Assembly: GCF_009914755.1 (NCBI RefSeq)
Contig: NC_060935.1
Origin: the human T2T-CHM13v2.0 reference genome, Homo sapiens
Reading direction: 5' to 3' (one strand)
DNA: 64,000 nucleotides
Below are positions 14,171 to 34,919 of this stretch, one piece after another. Within the stretch, counting starts at the first letter, position 1. Each line of letters begins with the position of its first letter. Below the pieces are notes generated by a model. It searched no databases, was not told the origin of the DNA, and saw only the letters and a list, made by a program, of their open reading frames with translations. The translations under genes and the position numbers were made by a program.

Positions 14171-16391
14171 GCTAATAACTATTTAACAATGTTGAAGTTA
14201 ACGTTTCTTGATTATCAAAACTATTAATCCAATTATGACAAACAACAGATATTTATTGGATATCTAGCAAGTAGTACTGATGCTGTAAAGCAGGGAAGGT
14301 GACTATCTGTGTTCCAGCTGATCATGCCCCCTTTTCTCTGAGACAAGACCAGACTTCAAAATACTTCACATGGTAATCTCAGGAAGGAGTTCATGTGAAA
14401 ATGAAATCGTTCTGTCAAATTAATTATAGAATCAGGAATATATCTCTGCTTGTTCCCATGGTGAAAATTAGTCAACATCACTTCTTTCCTTTACACTCTA
14501 CTATGGGCACATGGCCCGTCCTTATTAATTCTTTAAGGACAGGGTGGTAAATTTTTCTGATTTTTATTAGCACTTGAGAGAGAGAGAAGGCATAGACAAA
14601 AGAAAATGAAAGAGCAATTACAGGAAGGCAAAAAAGTTTGGAATAGCATCTTATGATGTAGTTACAAAACTAATCAGTAATCCAGGTATTGCTTACTTTA
14701 TATTTTAAAACTCTAGGTATTATTTGCTTTACTTGAAAACCTTGTACAACATCATGTGTTTTACAGAGAGCAAGAAAAGGGTCCTGGCCCAAGAGGCCCT
14801 GGTTATGATTGATCAGTAATCCTCCTTGGCTTGCCCATTGGGTACTCTTTGCAAAGGTGAAGAAAAAAGGTATAAATGTTTTCCCAGCTCGAAAATATCC
14901 ACCTCAAAAAATTTCACTCATTTTGTCTTTAATATCATGTCTTCCCTATTTCTTCTAACATATGGCTTATTTTTCAATAATACTTTCCCTCTTTTCTTTC
15001 CTCCTCTTACTTTATTCCTGATCCTGATTTTGAAAGAAGCATACATCTGAAATTATCACCACTTAAATATATTATGCCTTAAATTCTTTACGAAGTTAGA
15101 TATGTTTTGAACAAATAATTAAGCATAACTTATAACCACAACAGTACTGATACTTTTTGTCAAATAGAAAGTAATCTTCTCATGTGTATTTAAAGTTCAT
15201 GTTATATACATTAAACCTCTAATACCATGAAAGGCATATGACCTTCCTTCAAGAATCTCTGAGACATTAATGCCATGCTTATGGAGTTCTGGCCTGGGTA
15301 TCGATAATGGGCTTCTTTTACCAAATATTGATGGAACTCTTACCATATTTTACATTCTAAAATTTAGAATCTATAAGCTAAGTTAAGCTTAATATTATAA
15401 AGATGGCCAATAAATTCCTGTCCTTAAGAGGATCACAGCAATGATTATAACAGACATTAAATAAACCTTTTAACCTAACTTTTACTTATCACATGTTTAT
15501 GGTTAACCCCTCAGACTTCTTGAAGATCAGGTTTTGGATGAATCTTGAAACATAGCAAAAGCACTCATTTATTTTATTTACTCATTCAACAAATTTTACA
15601 AGGCACTGTGGAAGGTACAAGGGTTGTGGTAAAAAACATCAGAAATGTTATTTGCTCTCCCAAGACGTCACATTCTTATGGTGAAACTGTTGGGGAAACA
15701 TACATTAACAGTGGAGTGTAATAAGGACACTGACGGGGTGTACACCAGGTAACACAGTCATGTGGGAAAGAAGAACCCTTGCCTAAGATGAGGAAATGGT
15801 TTTTTGGGAAAAGGTTGTGGTTGATGTTGTGAAATTGTTGAGTTTTTGCTTGTTTGGCTTCATTTCGAAACTTGTTACCAGGGAGGACTTATGATTGTTC
15901 ACGTAAGCACAGAGGTTTATGAGACTCTTTGAAAGAAAATGTCATGGGCTTCTTATTACTACATGGATGATTTTTGTGTTAATGAAAAATATTATTTACT
16001 GATTGACTTACACACTAGTAATTGATCGCAACTCAGTTAAAATAATTTCTTTTAATTTGTAGCAGGCACCTTAATCCTTACATAGCTTACAGTTTGACCT
16101 TTAAGGCTGAGCTTTAAAATAACATTCAAATGTAAAATCTAAGTTTAGATATTACTTCTGAAACTTAACCATTGAAATTAAAGTAAAAACAGGTAATTTA
16201 AAGTTGTTCTAATAATGCCTTAAACTTGTGCAAATGTTTACAGTGCATAACATCAAAAATATATAAAAATCATTCACACATGTCTCAAGTATATAGAATT
16301 ATTATTATCAATATCAGCATTTTCACATGTGCCCTAATAAATGATGCCACTATTTGGCAGAAACTGCTACATACTATTATAAGTCACTTGA

Positions 16392-16720
<329 letters not shown>

Positions 16721-16910
16721 GAGAATTGTTTTAAAGGAGCTAATGAGCCAGAGAAGAAGGAATCTTCCATAGTGTTAGGAAGAGCCTTGACAGTAGCAGA
16801 AACTGAAGGCTGAGTACAGTGACCTCCTTGCATGGAGGAGCAGATGTCCCCTGGCATTTCCCCCTTCCCCTTAGAAATCATTAATCTGAAAGAGACGGGA
16901 AAGGAGAGTT

Positions 16911-16960
16911 GGGGAGGAGACAGGAACGGAAGGGGGAGGAGACAGGAACGGAAGGGGGAG
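16911..16960. repeat. 22-bp tandem repeat x2.3
   Basis: GGGGAGGAGACAGGAACGGAAG repeated exactly. Confidence 0.9.
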
Positions 16961-18454
16961 AAGAAAGAAACAGATCTATGTGGAGAAACCGACAAATGCA
17001 ACCCAAATTTTAGAAGCCAATTCAACTATTGATACCAGGAACTCAATTTCCGAATTTCTTTAGGAGGACTGTGGGTAAAAGTCATGTCCATTCTCCTTTG
17101 GGAGGCATGAGTGAAACTAGTCAGGAAACACCCATCAGCACGAGTAGTGTGGTGGGCCCCGCACAAGTATGGGCTTGCTGGGCTGGGACCTATTAGAGAC
17201 TCTAGCTATTCACCAAGTCTAAAGAGGCTGCTTAGGGGGAAATATATTTGTGCAATTATATTTGCACATGACCTATATTTTTGTTTTCTAGTTTTCAAAT
17301 AACACATGATTATTGTAGAAAAGTTGAAAAACTTTGAAATTGTTTCTTTTTAAAACTGTACCTGCAACAATTTGTTTAAAACCTTCAACAATTTGTATTT
17401 AGATTCTGACTTTAATCTATTTAATCTATTTCCAGTTTACTTAGGCTTAATTCTGTGTTTAAGTGAATCAGTGTTCAATCTTTTTTAAAGTTTCCATATT
17501 TTAGTTATATATATTTTGATATAATGACTCAGTTGCAAAGAGTACAACGTTGTGATTTTTTTTCAGAAAATACACAAATATACCTAATTGAATACATTTT
17601 TGTTACCTTCATATGTGAATGAAAAATTTTAACTCTACTAAAGTTAGGAATAATTTTTTTCTCAACATAACTTTTCCATAATCTTCTGAAATTCAATACT
17701 GTGAAAGGTAAGTCTAAATTTAGCCTTATATTTCTTTATTAGGGGTAAGGTGCTCTTTTCTGCCCAAATTCTTGTAGGTTTTCTCATTAGCAATGAAATC
17801 TAATTTCCAGCAATTATATATGAGTACTGAATCTATCATTTTTGCCTGATATGTAGGGAGAACTTTTGAGCTGTACAGTGTTGTCAGTCCAGCAAATTTA
17901 TCCTAGTAATGCTTTAATTATTATTTCTGATACCTTCAGATACCTCTTTGTTCAACCATCACAATTAATTGTATAAATTCAGAGATATACACATTCTAAA
18001 TCAATAATGTTTATTTGTTGTCTTAATTTTTGCCTTTTTTCTCTACATACTGATAATGCTGCTTAAGATGGTCTTCTATATCAATAATTCAGTTTTTCCA
18101 TGGGTACATTCTATTTTTTTCTTCAACAGTTTGAATATCTGCCAAGTTATATGTGACCCTAAATCACGTTTTTAACTTACCCTGCTCTGTTTTTATCTTA
18201 ATGTGGTGTTACTTAATTTTTTGAGAATGTTATTTTTATTTAAGAGAACCTTGAAGATCCTGTCTATATTTTATTTTTTCATTTTTAAAATATATTTTAT
18301 TGTTTAATTGTAATGTGTTCTGTTAAAAGTTTTACTCTTCTGCAACTTTCCAAACATACTATTTCTGTTTATTTAAAAAAGAAGCATTTTCCTTGCTCCT
18401 ATAACTTAATTTCTGATTATCATCCTTGAGGGAAAGATTCTGTGCGTCATGGTC

Positions 18455-18724
18455 ATAGAGAATTTATAGACAGAAAAAGGAAAATGGCTTCCAGAAAACA
18501 CAAGTGAGGTACAGAAGCAGCTGAATTGGTTATAGCATGGTGTTTGCCTTATTTAAACACAATTTGAACGGTTTGCCACCTTTCATTGGTTGAAACTTGG
18601 TGATTGGTAAAAGAGTAGTTTACAGTCTGTTTACACATCCAGTTAGGTTACAGTTCACTATGTATGGGGAAATGTTTAGGCTGAACTTACAAGGAAACAG
18701 TGTTAGGCTAAATTTAATTTAACA
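18455..18724 (-). mobile_element. ERV1 LTR fragment (MER57/MER93-like)
   Basis: Reverse complement begins TGTTAAATTAAATTTAGCCTAA..GTGAACTGTAACCTAACTGGATGTGTAAACAGAC; other end truncated. Confidence 0.7.
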
Positions 18725-19769
18725 GGATCCTAGTTTGACCGCACTAATATCCCTTGATTGAAAATGCAAAGACAGGTAGAGAGGGCTGACAAAGGGACTG
18801 TTTGGCATCCTTTCATCCCTATGTATTAACAGCCAAGTAGCAATAGCCCAGGGCAACTGTGTCCATACGAAATAGAAATCCAGCTGGAGTTGGGATTTTT
18901 CATTGATCCTACTGGGCTTACCTCGATGCAGTAGGAAAGAGAAACAGGAATAAATTAGATAAAAACATACAATATGTGTAAAGTAGAAGCTAGACAAAAA
19001 TAAATTTTCATTAGTAACTGGGTCTAGAGGCATAGCAGACTGAACAAACCAAGTACTGACTAAAAAACAAGTCTTTACTACCCAAGAACTCATTTCTTCC
19101 TCAAGTTACCTCACGACCCTGTCGCTGAACTGGCAGGTAAACTTAGAGCAAATAGTCATCCACCTTGAGATCTAGCTGGAGGCTGGGAACTGAAGGCAGT
19201 GAGTTTTTATTTAAGAGAACATTGAAGATCCTGTCTATATTTTATTTTTTTATTTTTAAAATATATTTTATTTTGTAGGGTCTAGATTCTGGGCTGGCCT
19301 CGTATGTAACTCTTTCCTAGCTTCCAGCACTGAGGTAGAAATGAAGATTCACTCATTTACTCCCTCTCTTCCCCTGGATCTTTTTGACAATTTTCCTTCA
19401 GAATTTCAGATGGGGGAATTAGATGCTTGTCCTTAAGAAGCAGTTTCCTAGAATATTCTTATAGATTGAAGATCTTTGCCAGTACATAAATATTTATCAA
19501 AATGAATGTGACTTTTCCTTCTTTCATTTTGTTTTTATGCTACGTAGATTGTATGTTTCTTTACCATTCTCTTTGCTTTCTTTGTTTGCCCTATCACTAG
19601 TTTGTTGACTTACAACTTCTTCAGTTATTTTGTAGGTATGTATTCTGGTTGTAATTCTACTAATGGCCTTGCCTATGCCTGATGGTTCAATACATATTAG
19701 ATCATTGACACCTTTCTTTATTATTACCTTGATTACATTTGTCAGTCCAAGAAGTTTTCAATAAGCTTA

Positions 19770-20740
<971 letters not shown>

Positions 20741-21099
20741 TCAATTCCTTTTTACTTGTCTGTCACTACCAATTTTAACAAGTTGAAGAACACATTCTCA
20801 TTTATCTTTATATCACCAAAATTGAAATCATTGCCTGACACACAGTTGATATTTAATTTTTATATTACTTTTGAAAAGTTGAAATGCAAGGGTGATGAAA
20901 TCTAGACCTCTATTAAAATATTTTATTTAGTTCCTTTTTCTTTTGGCCATAAAAGATATTTTGCTGAAAATAAGTGATTCAGCAGGTGATTAGAGGCTTA
21001 TGCAGATTGGTACTAATTAGGAGGTATTGCTAAGACAACAGTTGCTGATTTCTCATTAAACACTTAACAAATTAATGTAACGTACAGAATTGAAAAAAT

Positions 21100-21400
21100 C
21101 TGGATATCTACTATGACATATAGAGCCTAAGATTAACAATACTGTATTGTAGACTTAAAAATTTGCTCTTCTTTCCATAAAAGTGAAAAACAAAAGGGAG
21201 AGAAGGAAAACTTTTGGAGGTGATGAATAAATTCAGGACACTGGATAGTGATGATGGCTTGATAGTTTCACAGGTGCATACTTTTCTCCAAGCACATCAA
21301 TTTGTATGCATTAAATATATCTTCTTAAATGTCAATCATACCTCAATAAAGCCATCACAAAATAATGACATAATGACAAAGACAAAAAACAAATAAACAA
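21100..21400 (+). mobile_element. L1M (L1MC-like) 3'UTR end
   Basis: AACAATACTGTATTGT..TTTGGAGGTGATG..CATACCTCAATAAAG followed by an A-rich tail. Confidence 0.6.
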
Positions 21401-21949
21401 AAACCTTCCAGTATATCCTGTCCCACCACTTTGCACTTCCCAGGCCCTGTCCCCAGAAGCAGCCTCTTTAGCTCTATTTTTTTTCTGGTACATTCTTCCA
21501 TATTTCTAAATTGTATACTTATGTTGCAATTTATTTGTTAAATTTAGTTATCATTAATTTCCTGTTGAATTATTTGAAATTTAACTTTTCATATTACCTC
21601 CACAATTCCTCTTTCCTTGTTTCCTCAGTAAATAAGTATCAACTTTGTTTAGTCAATGTTTATATTATTTTCATATTAAAATTGTTTAATGTATAGTCAA
21701 ATAGAAGTCAGGTGGTATCCTAAGATTGATTTCTCCTCAGGTAAGATTTTTTTTTTTAAATTTCTTAAAAATGTATTTTATATTCCTTGTAATTCTTCCA
21801 TAATTTGTTTTAGTGTTCAAAAGCAATTTACTAAAGGCCTAGCAATAATGTTTTCTTGTACTCAAGCTCATGAAATTGTAACTCTTTTTTTTTTTTTCTC
21901 CCTCTGAAGATGCCCCTTCATCTTATCTGTCTCATTCTGCTCCAGTGAA

Positions 21950-23000
<1,051 letters not shown>

Positions 23001-23484
23001 TTCTTTTTATTCCACTCATCTATATATTCCAAATGAAATAAATATATATGTATCTACACACATATGTGTGTATGCTCTATATACAACCTCCTAGATACAT
23101 ATGTAAGTAATTTAGATTATTGAGCACAAATTGTAAACTACACGTACTTAAAAGTATATATCTGGTAAGATTCGACATATGTATGCACCCATGAAACCAC
23201 AATCACAATCAAGATAATGAAATTATAGCTCATCCCTAAAAGTTTCTTTATGTACCTTTATGCCTCTGTTCTGTCCCTCCCTCTCTCTTATATCTGCTAG
23301 GTGTCCACTAGTATGCTTCTGTCACTATAGATTGCTTTGCATTTTCTAGAATTTTACATAAGTGACATAATACAGTATATATTGTTTTTTATCCTTTTAT
23401 TTCACTCAATATAATGCTTTTTACATTTATGTTGTATATATGAATTGCTCATTATTTTTCATTGTTGATTATTCTATTATATTG

Positions 23485-23964
23485 TGTATTCAATTTCTTT
23501 TGCTACTGCAAGAAACTACCACAAATTAGTGAATTAAACAGTACATTTATTCTCTTACATTTCTGGAGATTGAAGTCCAAAATGAATTTCACTTGGTTAA
23601 AGTCAAATTGTTGCTACAGCTGGTTCTTTCTGGAGGCTCTAAGGGGAGAATCCATTTTCCTGCCTTTTTCAACTTCTAGTGGCTGCCTGTATTTTTAACT
23701 TGTGGCTGCTTCCTTATATTTTCAAGGTGTATCACTCCAATTCCTGCTTCTGTTACCAAATGGCCTTCTGATTTGTAGTCAAATTTCTCTTCTGCTCCAG
23801 CTTATAAGGACATTGGAAATTATATTAATGGCCTACTCATATATCTAGGACAGTCTCCCCATCTCAAGAGCCTTAACTTAAATCACATCTACAAAGTCCC
23901 TTTTGCTATATAAGGTTAATTCACAGGTTTTGGGAGTTAGGACTTGGATTATTCAGCCTACAAA
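23485..23964 (-). mobile_element. MLT1 (C/D-like) MaLR LTR nested in L1
   Basis: ACTACCACAAA..TTCTGGAGG..CCCATCTCAAGA..CACATCTACAAAGTCCCTTTTGC..ATTCAGCCTAC. Confidence 0.8.
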
Positions 23965-25031
23965 TATGGATATACAAAATATTGCTTATCCATTCACCTT
24001 TGATGGTCATTTCCGTTGTTTCCAGTTTGGCAGCTATTACAAGTAAAGCTGCTGTGAACATTGAGTACAAATCTTAGTATGGACATATGATTTCCTTTAT
24101 CTTGGTTAAATACTTGGGCATGGAATGACTGGATTATATTCTAGGTGTATGATTAACTTTTTAAGAAAGTGTCAGACTTATTTTCAACATGGTTTTCTCA
24201 ATTTTCATTCTAACAGTAAATATGAGACTTCTAGTTTCTTTATAAACTCACTCACTACATACAAATGTTAGTATTCTAATAAGTGCACAGTGGTGGTATC
24301 CTATTGTGGTTTTTATTTGAATTTTCCTAATGACTCATTATGTTGCATTTATTTGACATCCATACATCATCCTTCATAATGTATCTTTTCAATTTTTTCT
24401 GTTTTTTTTTTAAATCAGGTCATCAGTGTTGAGTTTTGAATGTTCATTTTATATTATTGCTACAAGTTGTTCACCAGGTATAAGATTTGCAAATCCTTTC
24501 TCCCAGTCTGTAGCTTGTCTTTTCATCCTATTAACAGGGTATTTTATAGAGAAAATGTTTCTAATTTTGATGAAGTAGAATTTTTTCTTTTCTTTTATGG
24601 ATCATTGATTTGTATTAAAATATATTTTTATAACTGAGTGTCACAAATGTTTCCCTTTATGTTTCTTTCTAGAAGTTTTTTCATCATTTTATGTAGGTAT
24701 TGCATTCATAACTGTTATTCATTTTGCATAAATATCTTAAGTAATATATGGATCAGAATGTTTTTTGTCATATGACTGTGCAAATGTTTTGACATGTTTT
24801 GAACAGAATGTCCTTTTCTCCTGAATTGCCTTTGCAATTTGTCAAAAATCAATTGTCCCTGTGTATGTGGATCTGTTACTGGGCTGTTTCTGTTTCATTA
24901 GTCTACTTGTCAATCTTTATAACAACTTCATACTGTAGCTTTATAGAAAATATTGAAATCATTTAGCAATACTTCAAATTTGTTATTTTAATGTCTTTTT
25001 AGCTATTCTGTGTTTTTTACATGAAGCTTAG

Positions 25032-25346
<315 letters not shown>

Positions 25347-26753
25347 ACAATTTTAACTCTTAAAATCCTGTTGGGATTTTTATTGGGATTGTATTGCCTA
25401 TACAGATTAATTTGGGAGAATTGACCATCATAATTTTTTTTTACTTACAATTATATTTTTTACTTTTATAATTTTTATGTGTATTGTGTTTGGAGTTTAT
25501 TAGCCTTCTTAAATATGTGGGTGTACAGTTTTCATTACATTTTTGAAATGCTTTCGGCCACTAGTTTTTTAATATCCCCCTTCCCTTTTGTGGTCTCTGG
25601 TTACACATGTATTAAGCTATATGAAGTTTTCCTTCAGTCCACTCATGCTCTTTTTAAAATTTTTCATCTTTAATTTTGGATTGTTTTTCTTGCTATATGT
25701 TCAAATTCACCAACGTTTTCTTTCTTCCACAATTGTCATTAATCCTATCCAGTGTATGGTTTTTCTCATAAAATTTTGTTTTCACTTCTAGAAGTAAAAA
25801 TTTGGGTCTCTTAAAAAATGTCTTCCATGTTTCTTCTTAACTTCATGAACATATGGTGGAGTACAGTTATAACTATTTTAATGTCTTTATGTGTTCATGT
25901 TACCATATCTGTTAGTTCTGGTTCAACTTTGATTAATTATCTTGTCATTAGATTTCAAATTTTTCTGGTGCTTTGAATGTCTAAAAATTTTATATTGGAA
26001 ACCAGGCACTAGCAGTTTTACCTTGTAGAATGCTGGAAATTTTTATATTGCTATGAATATCCTCAAGCACTGTTCTAGAAGGCAGTCAAATTAGCTTGGC
26101 AACAGATGATGCTTTTATTTCTTGCTTTTAAGTTCTGTGAGGTGGGACCAGGATAGTGCTCAATCTGGTTATTTCTCACTATGGAGACAAGGCTTTTTTG
26201 GGGTCTCATGAATCTTCAGTGCTCCTAGTTTGCCTAATTGGAAAAGGCAGTATTCCCTGAAGTGTGAGCACCATGTACAGTACAGCAATCTCTAATTTTT
26301 TGGTGGATGGTTCTTTCTCTGGGCTCAAGAAGTTTCACATGTATGTACTGATCATACACGTATGTACATGTATATACTGATCAATGCTATTCTGACAACT
26401 TAAGGGGACCTTGCAGATCTCTAGAGTTCTCCCTCTATGCAGCTGTCTCCTTTCTGGTAACTCTATCCTGCAAACACTGTGCACCTTGGTCTCCTTAGAG
26501 TCTCTTCTCTGTCTCCTCTACCCAGGGAGTCTGCTGAACCCCATTTGGATTTCCTCTCAGTGCACAATGTCCTGGAAACTAAAGGCAATAAACTGACAGA
26601 ATCATAGGGATGGCCTCATTTGTTACCCATCTCTCACAGATTATTATCTGTTAGCGGCTAATCTCTATTTTCTTGCAAACCATTACTTCAGATGGGAAGG
26701 TATATCTAGTTCCCAGTTTTACATCTTGGTCAGAGTGGAACTATGTCAGACTA

Positions 26754-26777
26754 GTGTGTGTGTGTGTGTGTGTGTGT
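26754..26777. repeat. (GT)n microsatellite
   Basis: About 12 GT units. Confidence 0.9.
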
Positions 26778-29700
26778 AAATTTTTATTTATATATAAATG
26801 TATGCATATATTGGAACTTACATATAAATTATGTAAATCAACATAAATTTTATATTTATATGTAAATTACAAACTATATTAATATATGAATAATATAAGT
26901 TCTAATATCTACTTATTCTCTATTTGTTATTCCCATTATCCTATTTTGATTTATGAATACAAAATCTTCTAGTGTTTTTTAAATTTCTGTAAGAATTTTC
27001 ATTGACATTTTTTCCTTTTTATAAGTTTTTTTTTTCTTCACTGCTTCCCCCAACCCCCCCGCCCTTTTTTTTCCCACTTACTGCATTGCTTTTGTTGCCT
27101 CCTGGTTCTTTTTAACTATATATGGTTTTCCCTCTGTCTTTCACTTTGCAGTCTTTCTTAAATATTCATGGATCCATGGCTGAACTGAGGTTCTAAAATG
27201 CTACCCAGAATGTCTGTGGGCTGGGTCTGGTTCCTGATGTACTTCCCTGCAGCGTGATCAGATAGAGATTTTTAAAAATTCCCTTGCTAAGATGGTGGGG
27301 AAGTAGAAAATACAAAGGGGTGTTGGCATTCTACTGAGAACAGTGAGAAAAGACTGAGACTATAATTTATATTAGGTAGGGCCTCATTTAATCCGACTTA
27401 GTTTATTCCTGTGCCTCACATCATCCCTTTGTGGCAGGAGAGGGACCTGGTGGATCAACCTCTCTGTAGACAGAATGCCTGTCTACTTTTAGGTCTAGTT
27501 GTCACCCAGCTTTCTATGGTGAATTATATCATCTGTATGCTGAACCGCTTAGTAAAGGTCTCATGGAATCCTCTCTGCATGTTTTTATTCGAAGCTTTCT
27601 CTACTCTACTTTGTCAATTTGCTTTGTTACCTTATGTGTTCTAAAAGTTTATTCATATCTCTCAACATTATCAAATCATGTTTTAACTTCATGGATTAAA
27701 ACTATTTGTATACTTACTCATTTTAGTGGAGTCTGGAGGATAGATGGACAAGTGATAAGAATGTTTGTGACATACCTACTGTTATTACGTGGATAACCTG
27801 ACGTCTTTGTAGAAATGAGCATTTTGAATTGGTTCTAGTTGCATATTCAGAGAAGTTCGTGCATTAGGTGTGTAAGTCCGTCACCTCTAAATTTTATTCT
27901 ATTTAACTTTATACTCAGCATGTGACAACATTTTATACTTGGTTTCCAGGAGTCAGGAAAAGCCAGTTTAACTTCATTTCAATACTAATTTAACTATATC
28001 GGAGGTTAGTGCTTAAAGCCTGGATAATGAATAGCTATTCTTGGAAATGAAAGGTACACAGATTCTTAATAAGTATTTGTTAAGAATTCCAGTGCCTTGA
28101 GGAAAGATAGATTTGTGAGTGCTTTTGCAAGGTTCTATATTTACAGCAATTTGGGGAATGTTAGGTTAATTTTTCATTTCAAAAATCTGATGTCATTTTA
28201 TTTTTCCAGGCTTTGTCCTATATGGTAGCAGAATAAAAGCAAACAGCATTTGGAAGAGACCTATTCTTTTTTGTAATATTTTTAATAAAACATAATTGCA
28301 TTCAACACAGAAATGTGATTTAATTGCCTTCTGTAATATAATTGATGATGTAATTATCAGGATTTAGTCGAACTTCTGTTTATGCTTCCCTCTTATGAGT
28401 CTCAGGCAAAAAGAGTAGAGAACATTTGCAATAAATATACTTATTGTGAAGAAGAAGCAAAAAGATGTAATTAGGCTTCTTGTGTCAGCTGCCAACTTTG
28501 GTGCTTATTGCCCTTATGATTTAGAAGCTAATATTTTTGAAAATATTGCTCCAATTACTATGAACCTGTCCCAAGGAAGAAAGGAGGCGCCCTTTACAAA
28601 ACCACCAATAAATTTTCATCTTTAGTTTTTTGACACTCTGGTTTCTTTTTGCAACAAACTCTTTATTTAAGATTGTTACCTTCACTCTTTACAATTAATT
28701 ATATTCTGCCTCTGCCTGTGGGTGGTAAACCCTGTTCTAGACTTCTAAAAATGCTTTTTGTTCTTTTCTCTCCTTCAGAGATTTCTGATATTTATGTCAT
28801 AATGACTGCACAGTTTCCAGTTCTTTAGACTTAGTGTATGGATTCATGGATTCAGGGGAATTAATGGAGTTGTACAGTACTCCCTCCATTTCCCATTTCC
28901 TCTTTTGATTAAGAGTTTTAAATATGAGGATGGCAGTTAAATAGGACTCAGGTTGCAGCTTCTTTCCCTGATGCCTACGCCATAAATTCCTTATTTACTA
29001 TGGTGATGGCTCTTGATGAGTGAAATCGCACACTCATAATTGTTCTCAAGATAGTATACCAGGAAGCCACAATTAATCATTAAAAATAATTTTGCCAATT
29101 TTGCTTTGACACAAAATTATAATAATAAAAACTTTATGTGTCTACTCAATGCTATTTTGCTTGGAGTTTTTGTGTATATTATCTGTAATTCTCATAACAG
29201 TACAAGGTAGATTGGAAACTGAAGCTCTAGAATTTTATGTAACTTAAGTAAGTTCGGATTGTTCTTTATGGACTCTAAAACAGATATACATGACCCTGAA
29301 ATCCCTTTTGTTCCACTGAGCAAGTCAATTTATCTTAAAGGATGACCTATGGCAAGTAAAGCCTGCAGATTTTTGAGCAGATGGCCTTATAGCAATTATT
29401 GAATCATGCTGGCTAGGGCTGACCCCAACCAGAGGAATCTCACCACTGATTTTCAATACATGAACAAATTGTGCTCCTGGTGTATGCCTTAGATTATCAG
29501 TTCATCTTCTAAATTAGTTCATCTTCTAAACTGGAGGAAGGAAAGACCTTCCTGTGAACTCTAGCATAAAATGCACTTCTTTTTCAAATGTCCACTAAAC
29601 AAATATTATGTTTTTATATTTTGTTAGTTGCTATTTTTTTAATTAACTTGTATAATTTTGCTGGTGAGTCTATACCATGAGGAAAGGTGTCATATATACC

Positions 29701-30163
29701 TTCTTTATAATTTTATTGTCAACATCAACAGTACCTCATATAAATGTTTAATAAATATTTCTTAAATGACTACCTAAATGCATAAATTGGAATCTTCCCC
29801 TAAGACTCTTATAGGTCAATTGGTGAAATCCAAATATACATGTGTCAGTCAAGAACAAACTATATAACTGGATATTTATCCTGTAGTGAGTGATGAGATC
29901 TGTTAAATGCATGTACCAAGAAAGTAGAAAACCTCAGTTGGTTGGCATAATTGGGAATGTCTTTATTACCATTACATTTAAACTTGTGTCTATTTTACAG
30001 ATTTTTTTAGTTCTTTTTTCATCCTTCATCAAAGGTCAGGAAAATATGACCCATAGAGATTAAATACCTTCCCATAAATCACTCTGGTAATTAATGGCAG
30101 AACAAAAACTCATCATATAATCCATATACAAATCTTAATTTGTTGATGCCCATTATTAGGGTC

Positions 30164-30547
30164 TGCATTAGTCAGGGTTCTGGTTAGAGATGCCATAACA
30201 AAATACTAAATACTGGGTGGCTTAAGAAACAGAAATGTATTTCTCACAGTTTTGAAGTTTAATTTCAGGAGGGTGTTGGCAGGTGTGGTTTCTCTGGGGG
30301 CCTCTCTCCTTGGCGTGCAGATGCCTCTTGTCTTGTCATGTCTTCACATGTCCTTTTCCTCTGTGTATGCACATCCCTTGGTGTCTGTTCCTCTTATCAG
30401 GACACCAGTCATGCTGGATTAGGGCCTCACCTGTACAACCTCATTTAACCAAAAATGCCTCTTTAAAGGGCATATCTCCAAGTAGAGTCACATTGGGAGT
30501 TAGGCTTCAACATAAAGTTCGGGGAGGACACAACTCAGTCAGTAACA
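30164..30547 (-). mobile_element. MLT1A-like MaLR LTR
   Basis: GCCATAACAAAATAC..GGGTGGCTTAA..TTCTCACAGTT; ends CACAACTCAGTCAGTAACA. Confidence 0.8.
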
Positions 30548-31294
30548 GAGTCCACGCCTATGCTTTATGAGGATATATTCTTGGGTTGTTTTTATATTGT
30601 TGAGGCAAACTGCACTGCTTCCTACATTTCTTTTATTCAAGCCTATCATCAGCTTCAGCTGTTAGTGATAACTGCAGATTTTCTTCATGTTCCCTAATAC
30701 ATACTGCAAAAAAAAAAAAGAGATTAAACCAATTGACCTAACTCATATAGCAAAATAAGAAGGAACCATAGACTTTTGAGAACATAAAAGATTGTCTTTT
30801 CAAAGTTTTTCAAAGTTCAAGTGCCTACTTGGTCCATTAAGCCATGACCAGGACAGTCCTTATAGGACTGGCTTTATAGTAGGGGTGAGGGTACATTAAT
30901 TTGTGATATTACTTAGAAGAATAGGTTGACTGGCAGAAACTGTAATTAATATTTGCATCAAAGATGTTTTAACTACAGCATTCGCAGTTTCTATATCATA
31001 GTAGATGCCACTGACTTATGTGGGTCCATGTAACTCTAAGGTCCTGGGTGCCGTTCCAAATCAAATAAGAAATTTTTTTTAGTTCCATATAGAATGGGCC
31101 TGTTGACAAATTTAGCCCCATCTCTGCATATCTCGTCTCTGTTTGCCCTGAAGATCATCCAGAAACATGGGGATCAGACCTACTCCTTGGATTTAATAAC
31201 ATCACTGGTTCAACCAGGATTTTCAAAAATTTTGGCAGTAATTCTAAAATATCATTTCCATTAATCCAGCAAGGCCCATCCCTCTAAATCTCCC

Positions 31295-34919
<3,625 letters not shown>

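Noticed and set aside
29499-29530. 17-bp tandem duplication (and similar small ones near 10760, 17412, 26340)
   Set aside because: Ordinary slippage duplications with nothing further to explain.
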